DNA of 64,000 nucleotides, taken from Utricularia gibba (lineage: Eukaryota > Plantae > Magnoliophyta). The notes under the pieces are model-generated. The model did no database searches and was not told the origin of the DNA. It saw only the letters and a program-made list of their open reading frames with translations. Shown here in pieces: positions 1 to 11,717 of the stretch. The stretch is taken from NCBI GenBank assembly GCA_002189035.1, contig NEEC01000014.1, positions 372,001 to 436,000 of the forward strand, read 5' to 3'. The translations under genes were made by a program, and so were the position numbers. The first letter of the stretch is position 1, and each line of letters starts with the position of its first letter.

Positions 1-365
1 TTCTCCAGAGGCATGGCGCGGGTATCAGGACACGTCCATTTCTCCTTCAAAACCTCGTAGATTCCCATTCGTGTGGTGGAGTACAAGGCTTGACGAAGAA
101 TAGTGGCAGAGACGCCAGAAAACAGAGCAGCCGCCCCATCCTGCTGAACGATTCGTAGACCCATGGAAACAAAACCCACACGAGGCGCAGAAAAGTGGAC
201 ATGAAGAACCGACGAATTCGGGAAAGCAAGAGCAGGACGGAGTGTCTGAACCGCCGGTGCCTCCCCCTGTAATTGCATCCTAACTTTGACCAAATCAAGA
301 GGGTGCGTTGAACACCCGGCGACAATCGAAGCAATGCCCCCTTCGACAAATCCCTTGAACCCCAT
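1..365 (-). CDS. DIC: Mitochondrial dicarboxylate carrier (DIC/UCP4-5 type), 5' part; runs off the window
   Basis: Manual translation from ATG 365: MGFKGFVEGGIASIVAGCSTHPLDLVKVRMQLQGE...SATILRQALYSTTRMGIYEVLK. Contains the carrier signature P-x-D-x-x-K-x-R. Missing from the ORF track because there is no stop in the window. Confidence 0.92.
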   Translation of the reverse strand, partial: MGFKGFVEGGIASIVAGCSTHPLDLVKVRMQLQGEAPAVQTLRPALAFPNSSVLHVHFSAPRVGFVSMGLRIVQQDGAAALFSGVSATILRQALYSTTRMGIYEVLKEKWTCPDTRAMPLE

Positions 366-1429
366 CTCCCGCGAAACAGGAATGAATCAAAACTGTCACG
401 AATCCTCCGGAGAAGACGCGATCACTCAAGTGGAATCCAAGAAATCTGTTAGTGAATTGGAGAAGACCGAGGGGGATGGCCATTTATAGTTGCCCTGCGT
501 CGGTAACCAAGAAGGAGACGAGAAAGCGCTGGGGCGGGCGTGGACGTGGACTACCTCCCCCCTTCGTCATCTTCCTCGTTTGAATGGTCACACTATTGGG
601 CTCGGTCGACTCCATGTCACAATTTGCCGCGTCATGTTCATACCCCTCACCCTTGACCAACCACCTGAACCCAACACAAAAAAATCTCACAACCAATTCA
701 TGCATTGACTTTCCTTTAATTTTTTCAAGGCCGTTTTCCGTGTCCTAATTACGGTAAACGAAATGCTATTCCGCCAATATGTTGAAAAATGATAATTATT
801 ATGTATATTTTTAATAAATAAAAATGAGAATTAAGCACCTCATAATAGAACGTAAACGTACACTAGTTGCTGTGGGTTATCAGTAACCTTTTTTTTTTTT
901 TTTTCTTGTATCAAGGAGTTGGATTGATGGCTTCAACATCAAGAATGGAGACCGGGATGGCGGTGTGAGTAATTGAGGGGAGAGAGCATGGCGAAAAATA
1001 GGCTTGAATTTTCTGGAAGAATTATTGATCGGAGATTCTAGTGGGAGGCAGAGATTTGGCCGGAGGATCTGGTTTCTGGATTTTGCGCAGGGGAGGTGGT
1101 CGGAGAATCTGGTCGCCTGCGACAGAGTGAAGAAAAAAAGCCCTAATTCTGTATGTAAAATGGGCGCTTATTGATCGCTTCCTCCAGATTCGCGCTTCCG
1201 ACCGTATCGGAGCGGGAGCGATGCCTCCTCACGCTTGCTGGCATCATAAACTGGGGGGTGCTTTCGTCATCCGCTGTCCGGTTTCTCACTCCTGAACTTT
1301 TGCCCCAAATTGGAAATCCTGCCTGCTCAATGTTCTCACGGCGGTTGGTGTGGTTTGACTATTCACTGCGGCTGATCAATTTCCTTGGATAGGAGAAGGG
1401 TTTTGGAGTAGAACAGACAGTAGTTGGAA

Positions 1430-3376
1430 ATGGGATCGAATTCTCCGATCAGATTTCAGGACCTAAACCTGTTTCCGCAACATCCCACGGCGTTGAGAAC
1501 CGTGATTCAGCCAAAGGTCGAACCCTTAGATGAGCTTCCTCCTCCTCTTCCGCCACCGCCTGGGTTCGATGTTGTGGAACCCCCCTCTGCGGAATTGATC
1601 CCGAGACTTCCTTCATCAGACGCCGAGGTATACTCTGATTTTTGTCGCATTTCAGAGCTCTTCCACGCCGCTTTCTCTCAGAGGCTTCAGATGTCCGGTG
1701 ACGTTGGCGCGTTTTCTGATCCCGACCCTAATTCACGTGCAATAGTCCCGGTTCCCAATTCGGTTGCATCCGTTTCCCGCGAAGTCTGTTCGTCTCGAGT
1801 CTACAAGAAATATCAAGCACGCTCATCGGAGCTGGTTCGAGTAACAGATCTGAATCCTGATGACCAACTCTACTTCCGGGATTCAATCCGAAAGACACGA
1901 ATGCTTTTTGACTCGTTGCGCGTGTTTTCCTCGGCAGAAGACGAAAAGATTAAGGATGATAGCATGCACCATCGTAGAAGCAGGGGCGATTTGAAGGCTG
2001 CTGCTTTGATGAGACATTGTGGGTTGTGGTTGAATAGAGATAAGAGAATCGTCGGAGATATTCCTGGAATTCTAATTGGAGATGTGTTTTTATCTCGAAT
2101 GGAATTATGTGTAGTTGGATTGCATGGTCAGCCACAGGCCGGAATAGATTATGTTCCGGCTAGCCAGAGCTCAAATGGAGAGCCTATTGCTACTAGTGTT
2201 ATTGTCTCCGGAGGTTATGAAGATGATGAAGACGGAGGAGATGTCATTTTGTACACTGGGCATGGTGGACAGGATACAAAGGGCAAGCAGGTGATGCATC
2301 AGAAGCTGGAATGCGGAAATTTAGCATTGGAGAGGAGTATGAGCTATGGGGTTGAGGTAAGAGTGATTCGTGGATTCAGGTATGGTAATGGCAAAGTCTA
2401 TGTGTATGATGGTTTGTACAGGATAATTGATACGTGGTTCGATATTGGTAAATCGGGGTTTGGAGTTTTCAAGTTTAAGCTTGTTAGGATTGAGAGTCAA
2501 GGAGAAATGGGAAGTGTAATCTTGAAACTTGCTGAGCGTTTAAAGTGTGCTCCATTGGAAATTCGGCCAAAGGGTTATATTTCCCTCGATTTGTCTGGAC
2601 GAAAGGAGAGTCTCCCTATTTTATTCTACAATGATATTGATGAAGACCATGACCCTGTTTCCTATGATTATGCTGTTTCAACTATTTTCCCTCCCTTCGT
2701 TACTCACGGTGGAAGTGGAACAGGGTGTGAATGTCTAGCAACTTGTTCCGATAATTGCTTTTGTGCTATGAAAAACGGAGGTGAATTTGCATATGACATG
2801 AATGGAGTTCTTGTGAGGGGAAAACCATTGATTTTTGAATGTGGACCTCGTTGCCGTTGCCCGCCAACTTGTCGGAATCGTGTGACGCAGAGGGGAGTTA
2901 GACATCATTTCGAAGTTTTCAGATCAAGGGAAACTGGTTGGGGAGTGAGGTCACTGGACTTGATTACAGCAGGCTCCTTTCTGTGTGAATACTCAGGAGT
3001 AGCTCTCACTCGTGAGCAAGCTCTAGTTTTCTCTATGAACGGAGACAGCTTGATTCATCCTGGCCGGTTTGCTCAACGATGGAAAGAATGGGGCGAGATA
3101 TCACCAATCTTTTCTGACTACGTTTCTCCAACCCATCCATCAGTTCCTCCATTGGATTTCGCGATTGATGTGTCCAAAATGAGGAATGTCGCTTGCTACA
3201 TCGGCCATAGTTCAATTCCAAACGTACTGGTGCAGTTTGTATTGAACGACCACAGCAATGTATCTTTCCCGCGTCTAATGCTGTTTGCCATGGAAAACAT
3301 TCCGCCCATGAGGGAACTCTGTCTGGACTACGGTGTGGCCGATGAACTGACCGAAAAACTTGCCATATGCAACTAA
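1430..3376 (+). CDS. SUVH9: SUVH2/SUVH9-type SRA(YDG)-preSET-SET protein, intronless, no post-SET
   Basis: SRA (VGLHGQPQAGIDY, SGGYEDDED, YVYDGLY), Cys-rich pre-SET and SET domains. Ends LDYGVADELTEKLAICN without post-SET cysteines. First ATG is 1430 (the track starts at TTG 1424). Confidence 0.92.
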   Translation: MGSNSPIRFQDLNLFPQHPTALRTVIQPKVEPLDELPPPLPPPPGFDVVEPPSAELIPRLPSSDAEVYSDFCRISELFHAAFSQRLQMSGDVGAFSDPDPNSRAIVPVPNSVASVSREVCSSRVYKKYQARSSELVRVTDLNPDDQLYFRDSIRKTRMLFDSLRVFSSAEDEKIKDDSMHHRRSRGDLKAAALMRHCGLWLNRDKRIVGDIPGILIGDVFLSRMELCVVGLHGQPQAGIDYVPASQSSNGEPIATSVIVSGGYEDDEDGGDVILYTGHGGQDTKGKQVMHQKLECGNLALERSMSYGVEVRVIRGFRYGNGKVYVYDGLYRIIDTWFDIGKSGFGVFKFKLVRIESQGEMGSVILKLAERLKCAPLEIRPKGYISLDLSGRKESLPILFYNDIDEDHDPVSYDYAVSTIFPPFVTHGGSGTGCECLATCSDNCFCAMKNGGEFAYDMNGVLVRGKPLIFECGPRCRCPPTCRNRVTQRGVRHHFEVFRSRETGWGVRSLDLITAGSFLCEYSGVALTREQALVFSMNGDSLIHPGRFAQRWKEWGEISPIFSDYVSPTHPSVPPLDFAIDVSKMRNVACYIGHSSIPNVLVQFVLNDHSNVSFPRLMLFAMENIPPMRELCLDYGVADELTEKLAICN

Positions 3377-3992
3377 ACCACTTTGTTCAGCTGCTGCTCT
3401 CAACATGATCCATGTTGCATTGTGATCCTCGTATACGCAGGTACTTTCACAACTCTCTCCATTCATCATCATTTCTTTCACTGGTGCAAATGAAGCTCAA
3501 GCAGCCTGTTAATGTGCCCATTTTTGAATGGAAGCCCCCCTTGTTTCATTCTCCTTACCACAGTAACTTCTTTCCCAGAAATGAGAAAGTTTATCCGCTT
3601 TGCAGATCTGCATTGCTGCTCACTAACTGCGGTGCCTGCCTGATCATTCAAGGCCAGGATTGAACTCATCTTTGTAGTTGCTCATTATGTACATAGCGTA
3701 TACAGAAACATCTGAACAGTTGAAATCCGTTTAGCCGATGATGATGCTGCTGCAGTGAGCTATTATGCTTTTTGCCGAGATTTTATGGCTTCTTTTGGGG
3801 ATGATGTTTTATTACAGTTCCTTGTTGATGTTGAAGTTATTTGTCCGAATAGCTGTGAACTGAAAAGAATGTTCAGGGTGGGCCAGCGTAGGTGGGTGCC
3901 CAACAAATAAAAGCCCATCCATTGTTCTGGTGAGCAGGAAAGCGGATTGAGTGATTCGATTATCGGTGAATCGAAGGGCAGACTTTGCTGGG

Positions 3993-4178
3993 ATGGACTA
4001 CTTTGGAGACGGGGAGGAGCACAGCGGGGGCGGGGTGACGGTGGCGATGGATGTGGACGACGGCGATTCGTCGCTAGATCTCTTTGGCGAAGGCCCTGTG
4101 ATCGACTTCAATCGTCTTTCTGATTCCGATTTCTTCAACTCCTTCCCAGATGATTTCGATGACGAAGACATCAACTGA
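3993..4178 (+). CDS. SMAP1: Small acidic protein 1-like (61 aa)
   Basis: ATG 3993: MDYFGDG...VAMDVDD...LSDSDFFNSFPDDFDDEDIN, with the F/D-rich C-terminus of the SMAP family. Confidence 0.88.
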   Translation: MDYFGDGEEHSGGGVTVAMDVDDGDSSLDLFGEGPVIDFNRLSDSDFFNSFPDDFDDEDIN

Positions 4179-4682
4179 TGATGGAGGTAGGCAATCCATC
4201 GCCTTACCGGAAAATAGATTTGAATTTTAGTTCGTTTTGTATCCGCTGGATGTGTAACTCTGGTTTTCGGTTTCAAATGGTTTCTTACGTCTTCCGTTAG
4301 TTCACACATTCGAAGCCCTAGGTAGGGAAAAACACCTGTTATGGCGGTGCGATTAGGAATCCCGAAAATCCGTTCCTTTGTTCTTCTCCGCCCACCACGA
4401 AACGGGAACACAGACCAAAGCGATGCCCCGGTAAAACCTTCCTCGAATTCCGGCGACTCGATGCAGGTGGATCTCCAACTTATTCAAAGTCGGTGACGTC
4501 CCCCCGCCAGCAGGTACGTTGCAACGATGCGCTTGTTGCTGATGTCGAGGGAACAAAAGTTCTTCACCTCTTCCAAAACCAGAAAATAACACAGATCGAA
4601 GTTCTTCTGGAGGCAAGTTATAGGGCCCATCAACTTACAACAGGGTGGCCCATAGGAGCTGCCTCGACGTCGTTCTTGGAGA

Positions 4683-6934
4683 ATGGAGATGGAGATGAGA
4701 GCGCTGGAAGACGTAGCCATCGGCGAAGGCCTCACTCCATCTCTGCATCCGTTGGCCTTCGTCCTCCGTGACTCCGCCCTGGACTCTCACTGCTCCGCCT
4801 GCTTTTGCTCACTTGCGAAGGCGCAATACTCGCCAGAGGAAACGACTACTCCAATCGCGCGTTACTGTTCATCTCGATGCTCTTCCCTTGATTCTCGAAT
4901 TCATTCCTCCTCCGGTGAGAGCCACCTTCTCTCCCTCTTTCACAATTCTCATTTGTCAACATGGGAGGAGTCCGGTGAACTTCGACTAGCTCTTCGTCTT
5001 CTTTCAATAATATCAGATTTTCGGAGGAGTGGGCATAATGGGGATGGAGCCCTCGAATGTCAATTACCTGAGCAGCTAAAGGAATCTTTGGAGAACGGCC
5101 AACGTAGCCATGGGGGTTTTGAGAGAATTGGTGGATTAATGACTAACCGTGAGAATTTGTTGGTTGACCTTGAGGACTCCGCGGTAGTTGATCGAGTAAG
5201 AGACGGGGTGAGTTTGATGGCGAAAGCGAGGAGAATGGAAATGAATAAAGTTGAGGGGTTTGAGAGTTCTCAAGAGTTCAGATGGGAGGAAGCTATCTTG
5301 TGTCTGGTTCTGACAAATGCAGTTGAAGTTGATGACAAATTTGGCTGCAGCATTGGAATTGCTATTTACGATCCCACTTTTTCTTGGATCAATCATAGTT
5401 GCTCTCCAAACTCGTGCTACCAGTTTTATTGGGGGCATGAATATGATCAAGAGACGCCATTAAAGATTACTTCAGCTAATGCCGGCCATACTTCGAACAG
5501 TGATCATGCTTCAAGATCATCATTTTCAGGTGTATATGCTCATACTTTGTGGAAGGAGTGCTGCTTGATTGAATATTGATTCTGCTTTTCTTAGGATTCA
5601 GGAATTGTTACGGGCCCAGAGTTGTAGTTCGTAGTATAGAAGCTATCAGCAAAGGAGATGAAGTGACAATTACATACACAGACTTGTTACAGCCCAAGGT
5701 TCCTCCTTTTTTTCTGTATCCTTTAGATGTCTTCATCGTCCTTTGTTTCTTATGCTTTAACCGCTTTACTGGCCTATGGTTCAGAACATGCGAAGACATG
5801 AACTGTGGCTGAAGTATCGGTTTCTTTGTAGATGTAAGCGCTGCATTGCAGTTCCTAATACTTATGTGGATTATGCATTGGAGGTGAGTACTGTGGATTC
5901 TAGTTACATTGTTTAGGTCAACTGTGAAGCAGTAGATAACAGTTGCACATCTCCCATATCACTTGCTTATAATCCAGCTTGTTTTGCACTTGGCTATGTA
6001 GGCACTGGTTCCTTTAAATTCTATCCAGTCAAAGTCTTGCAACTATACACTGGAGACACTAAGGGAAAGCTTTGATGGCACAATAGCTGATTATCTTTCC
6101 TTCGGTAATGCAAGCAAGTTAATTAAAGATCTTGAGAATTTGCTCATTCGGGGCTGCATGATTGGTGATCCTGCACAACCCAATACAAGTCAATTGAAGC
6201 TGAAGCTCCATCCATTAAATTATCTTTCTCTAAATGCTTGCATTTCTCTGGCTTCTGCTTATAAAGTCCTCGCTAGTGACGTCTTGACACTCAAGCCCGA
6301 AAGCAGGAGTAGTAAGCTGGAAGCCATCGGTTCTCTCAAAACAGGCAGCGCTTTCTCTCTGTTGCATGCAGGGGGAGTTCATCATCTCTTCACACATGAA
6401 CCCTGCCTCATTGCAACTTCAGCGAACTTCTTCATAGATGCAGGAGAATCACTGCTGTGTCTTGCCATGAGCTCCGTGTGGGACATCATGGAGGATACCA
6501 GGCCAACAAGTATGGAGTTATGCCACATTTTCACTTACAGGTGCACAGTTTGTTCACTTGGAGACAACACTCTTGAAGCCAAACATGATCATGATAGAAC
6601 CGCCGGAGAAGCGAGAAGTCAGATTTATGGCTGCATTACTCAGATAACTCCTGGAATATGGCGCAAGCTCTCTTCTGAAAGTAGATTCCTGGAATCCATT
6701 CCAAACCCGATTGATTTCAGCTGGCTCGAGACTGAGGGCTGTGTCGATGATACTCCTGCTGAATATCGAGTTCGAGGGAAGGAGGACTCTTGTGAGGGCG
6801 ATTTCAGGATGAAGCTTGTTTTGCTAAGCATCCACTGTTTATGGTATGGTTCGCTCTTGTCGACCATATGCAGTCGCTCGTCTGTTTGGAGCAAATACTA
6901 CAGCTTACTGAAAGGCATATCTGAAAAACTATGA
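4683..6934 (+). CDS. SDG41: SET-domain protein, SDG41-like (SMYD-type); exons 4683-5529, 5595-5698, 5785-5883, 6029-6934
   Basis: MEMRALEDV...HCSACF...YCSSRC, WINHSCSPN, GPRVVVRSI...ITYTDLLQP, LWLKYRFLCRCKRC. All introns are GT-AG and the frame is preserved. Confidence 0.82.
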
Positions 6935-7192
6935 AGAAAAATGTCAAGAGGAGCTCAGCTCAATTAGGGAATATTGGAGTACAAGTTCGCGCTGCAAATG
7001 CTAGTATTCAAGCCTGAAAGAGAACTAGAAACTACAGATCGCATAGCAATTGTTGTAGTTTCTTTTCCTTCTAAAAGCAGGCAGCTACGATCTCATGCTC
7101 TGGAGAGCTGTATTCTAAAATAATCAGATAAGCAATATCAAACACCTCGTAATGTACACATTTCAAAAGTTGAAGTTGAATAGACTTGGCAG

Positions 7193-8082
7193 CTACATCG
7201 ACAGGGGAAGAAGCATCCTTCGTTTCTTCTTCCTAGCCAGTCTCACTTGCTTTGTAACTTTCATGCACGCAAGTAGCAGGAGTGCAGTGCACAATAAAAA
7301 CAAGGAGAGCCTCAGATGTCTCATGTATAATGAAACCGCAGCAAAAACAACCAGTGCAAGGATGACAAGCTCCCATATAACGAAAATTGCAACATCAACC
7401 CTGTGAAAGCCAGAAAAAGGAAGCATATTTAACTGATCAATAGCTAGCTCAGACAGCACGGAACAGAAAGATACATAGGAAGAGTAAACATGTTCAAAAG
7501 GATAACACACCCAATTGTCGAGGATACACCCTGCTTTCACTTAGTCTATCCAGATGTATCAAAAACATGAGATGTAACACGAAGGCCATATTCCACTCAC
7601 AGAGTTTGCTTGCGTCCAGTAACAAGAATAATGATAATTCCTTTCACCAGGTCACGCATAAAAAAACTACTACCTAGATCCATGCAACACAAGGCACTAA
7701 AGGGCTATGCTAGTATCCGTACATCACATACCAAGTAGTGTTGTCATTTATAACATAAGACAATCTGAATCCCTAGCCCTTGATAGATAATCAACGACTC
7801 CTCATATTTTTCAAGAATTTCATGTTGATCCCATCATTAAAGATTTCGAATTCCGAACATCCGTTCCCATAACAATCGCAGGAGGGTGAAATCTTGAACC
7901 ATTGGCATCAGATGATCACGGTATCTATTTCATAATCGGATGGAATCTTAAACAGGGAAATCGAAATACCTAGAAGAGGATGAACTGGAGGTGGAGCTGA
8001 AAAATGAAACGGAGGCCCAATCATGCTTGGATCGAATCTGATACTCCCTCAGCTGCTCCGCCAAATTGGATCGTGTTATCAT
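7193..8082 (-). CDS. Conserved small plant transmembrane protein (106 aa); exons 8082-7970, 7400-7193
   Basis: Spliced product MITRSNLAEQLREYQIRSKHDWASVSFFSST...RVDVAIFVIWELVIL...RLARKKKRRMLLPLSM, with two hydrophobic helices and a basic tail. GT-AG intron, in frame. Confidence 0.85.
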
Positions 8083-8528
8083 CCTCGTCGTTTAACCCGT
8101 GGCTACGCTCCCTCCCCTCCGAACAAATCGCTGCAATATAAACCTTCTTCACATATATGTATGTCAACGCTAGAATTCCAATTTTTCCGGTAGTAATGAA
8201 CGGGGTTGGGTCGGATGCCGCGGATGCTTCCAACAACGACGGCGGTTTCTGACTGAACAGAAAACAAAAGGGGAAAACAGAAAAGAAAAGAGAAGAAACC
8301 CCCGCAGTCCACCCGTCCAATTCAATTTTCGGATTTCTCCATTAAGAAAATACTATTATAATATTATACCTGAAAAAAATGATATTAACATCATTATAGA
8401 ATATAAATAAGTTAAAGAAGAAGATATTCTGATATTAATTCTTCAAATCGAAATTTATAATTCATTAAATTAGGTCAAAAAATTGGGTTGACAAAAATAA
8501 GAATTTTCAATTTTCTTAATACTGGAAG

Positions 8529-8875
8529 TAGAGCTGGGCATGGTTACGGGTTGACCCGTGTATCCGGCGGGTCGGTTGTACATGGGTACGAATCGACCCG
8601 GTGGGTCAATGTAAATGGGCCTAGCGTGTAGTGTAATAATAAGTATTGGGTTAATTCATAAAAATATAAATACATGGTGAGTCCATAATCTAATTATCAA
8701 TGAATATATCTAATATTATTAAAATTAAAAAAAATTAATGACATGTGTCAACCCGTGACCCGGAACGGGTCAGCTCATCCAACCCGTCAACTCGTACCCG
8801 CCGAGTCAGCCATTTCATTTTTCACCCGACGGGTTCGACCTGTGACCCGCCGAGTGGGACCCGTGCCCACCTCTA
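8529..8875. mobile_element. Non-autonomous hAT-superfamily element (MITE), 347 bp
   Basis: TIRs TAGAGCTGGGCATGG / CCGTGCCCACCTCTA (13/15 match). Perfect 8-bp TSD ACTGGAAG at 8521-8528 and 8876-8883. Many subterminal ACCCG/CGGGT motifs and an AT-rich core. Confidence 0.9.
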
Positions 8876-8989
8876 ACTGGAAGCTCCCAGATGTGATTTC
8901 AGGTTATTACAACTTGTGTAAAAAATGTCTGAATCATTCGAACTTTTGTGTTTCTTTTTTTTTCGTGGGAGTGTTGTGGGTGCAATACA

Positions 8990-9741
8990 TGTCACTAGCG
9001 GGTGAATGATTTGAACTTGTTCCAAGAGATGAAGTGCTGCGCTGAGTCGAGCTTCAGCCTGAATCCAGTCCAAGATATGAACTTCAACTTCTTCGCCAAC
9101 AATGGCCTCCTCTTTGATTAAGGTGCAGTTGCCTTGATTGAATAGCGTGGTCAATGTAAATCAGGGCTCCACAGACGATGCTTCTGTGGAGAAAATTGTC
9201 CACGATCAGTGAAAAAGCTTATCATGGACCAACAGTTCCTTATGCTCAGAAGCAATGAAGTAGACAGCACAGCCATAAACGTGGCTACAATCAATCCTTC
9301 GTGCAGCTGTGCGGTCCTCCATTCTCATCATCTCAACCGGGTAAGTGCCTGAATTTCCCTCTATCTTCGTCTGCAATCAAGTCTCGCGGAAGCTCAAGGC
9401 GAAATCTGGTCCTTCCTCATCGTCCACACGTCTGGACACAACAACGAGACCATTCCAAAGTTTGCTCATAACTAACGTGCGCAAGATTTATGCTTGTCGT
9501 CTGCAACCCCACGTACAGTTGGCTGGTAAAGCATAGTACGGCAGGCCCGAAGACAGAGAGAGTGCTTCTGCTTGATCCCTGCAACTGTGTGACCCAAATC
9601 TTCTCCATGTGGATCGATCGCTCGGTTAAACGCTGCGGCGATCTCCCCCTCCGGCGCAAGGTTTTTACACGGCAGGCTTTCGAATTGACTCCGGAAACAA
9701 AATCCCCGTCAAAAACTCCGTTCAGTGATATGAAAGCATGA
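8990..9741 (+). pseudogene. Degenerate coding-like segment, possibly an F-box pseudogene
   Basis: Interrupted frames with weak F-box-like pieces (Q*/KKLIMDQQFL; LVVCNPTYSW), several stops and frame changes. Family assignment is weak. Confidence 0.25.
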
Positions 9742-10260
9742 ACTATTGAAGCGCACCACATCCGGAAAACTACAAATGCAAAAGCCTTCGCGGGGTGCAG
9801 CGATTGGAACAAAGCCTGAATTCTTTTTCCTGATGAAGCATCTTTTCATGTGGAGTCAGTATGGGAACCGTACGGCTTGAACCATCAAAAGATTTATCAT
9901 CGATTTTCCAACCATCGGTACGTACGGCACCAACTGTGCTTATTGCTATTATTTTTTAGAAAAAAAAATTATTATTATCATTACTCAGAATTAGGTTCTT
10001 TGAAATAAAAGGGTTTAAGCACTTCATAAATATGATTAAAATGGGAAAATAAATTAAAAATTAAATATTTATTTGAGTTTTGAATAATGAAAATAATATT
10101 ATGAAAAACCTAAAGGACAAGATTTTAAGCATTTTTTGCATGAGATGGCGACAAGAGATAAAAAGGTGGAAATGTTATTCAGATGGTAGCTGTGGGCTTC
10201 GCTGTTTAGGGTTTTAAAAGCCATCCCAAGTTCCAAAGAAGCTCACCGTCCTCCAAGTCA

Positions 10261-10925
10261 ATGGAAGACGTCTGGTCGGAGCTAAGCCTCTCCTCTCACG
10301 TCCGCCGATCTGCCGACGGGTCGACCGCCACCTCCTCTTCTCAGGGGGCGCCGTTGTCCGCCGTCAGGCTCCAGGAGTTCCTGCATCGCCCTTTGCACCC
10401 AGCTCCCGAATCCTGCAAAACTGGAAGGACGGGTCAACAGACGATGACCGGAACGCAAGTGTTGTGCTTCGGTAACCCTAACGGGGGAACAAGCGGCGAT
10501 GACTTGGACGCCGTTAGTAGAAAAAAGATTCGGTTGATGAAGAACCGGGAGTCGGCTGTCCGGTCCAGAGCACGTAAACAGGTACACATCATATCACTCT
10601 CAGACAATCAGTTGTCAATTGAAGCCTGATCCCATTGCTTTTTTCTTTTTTTTTTTTTTTTTTTGGGTAAGGCGTATACTTCTGAGCTGGAGCTTGAAGT
10701 CGAACGTTTAGCCAAAGAGAACGACAAGCTGAGGAAGCAGTTGGAAGACATCAGAGAGGAAAAGAACAAAGCTAATGTGCGGTGCAGTACAATGCGGTTA
10801 TGTTTCTTTACTCCACTCGCTTTGTGTTGCGGGTTTGTAAGGACTCCCGGGTTTGGGTGTAGGTTTATGAAGCGCTGCAGCAGAGGAAGACCCAGCTCCA
10901 AAGAAGCATGACAGCACCCTTCTAG
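10261..10925 (+). CDS. FD: FD-like group A bZIP transcription factor; exons 10261-10581, 10672-10776, 10863-10925
   Basis: MEDVWSEL N-terminus and basic region KNRESAVRSRARKQ|AYTSELELEV. The spliced third exon VYEALQQRKTQLQRSMTAPF* supplies the C-terminal TAP (14-3-3 binding) motif. Confidence 0.85.
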
Positions 10926-11717
10926 TTCTTAGAAGGCCGCGGTCTGCATCTCCGACCAGTCTCTAGTTTCATTGCCATCGTAATGACTCCACCTTTTTAG
11001 GGACCTGTTTAGTGTTTTCTTTTACATGTGTTCCTTTGCTTGTCGGTGGGCACCCCGTAAACGACAACCCCACCCCGCTGCCTGAACGACAGCTACAAAG
11101 GGTTTATCAGCTTGAGATTCGTGAAGAATCTAACGCCATTAATGCATGATTTGGTAAAAACCGCAGTACGCAGACATTCCCTTTCTTTGCTAGGGTTTAG
11201 GGATGATTCGTTGACACCAATTCTAGACTCCCATCAAATTGAAATTTCAGATAGCAGGCCTGGAGACCACGTACAGAGAGCTTTTGCATTTAGGTATATT
11301 TCCAAGTGTTTTTTTCACGTCAAATAAAGCAACAAAGACAGGGGAATCCCAGTTCTTCTGGTAGGCTTGAACCGATACCTCCAACTTTAGGTTTAATCAC
11401 TGGAATTGGGTCAAAGAAGCTCGAAAAATAGCCTTACACCTCAAACGCAGTCGCATAGATCCGTAGAATACACAGTAAATGGGAAGAAGAGGGGATACAT
11501 CACTCCATGCTTCTGATCTTGAAACCTGCTGACCGACACTAAAATTAGAAGGCTAGGACACGCTTGTATTACAATTAATGCGCGAGCCGCCTTCTATTTT
11601 TATCAGGTGCTGTCTTTTTTTTTTCCAATTTTTTTTTTTGTAATTTTGCTAAAAATACATTTTATCAATACAAGTAAAATACAGTAAACGTCTGTGGCGG
11701 TGTTGAGGGGGTAGGCC

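Noticed and set aside
47-708. Track ORFs 47-349, 286-489, 484-705, 490-708
   Set aside because: Alternative-frame or antisense shadows of the DIC CDS and its promoter; the true frame starts at 365.
3735-3865. ATGATG…CTGA pattern suggesting a C/D snoRNA
   Set aside because: No terminal stem and no recognisable rRNA antisense element; likely 3' UTR/intergenic sequence.
4353-4771. Overlapping short ORFs between SMAP1 and SDG41
   Set aside because: No recognisable domain; contains GGGCCC/GGCCCA site II motifs and is better explained as SDG41 promoter and SMAP1 3' region.
10200-11210. Isolated TTTAGGG motifs (near 10205 and 11195; others near 61088 and 63349)
   Set aside because: Single telo-box-like heptamers, not tandem telomeric arrays.
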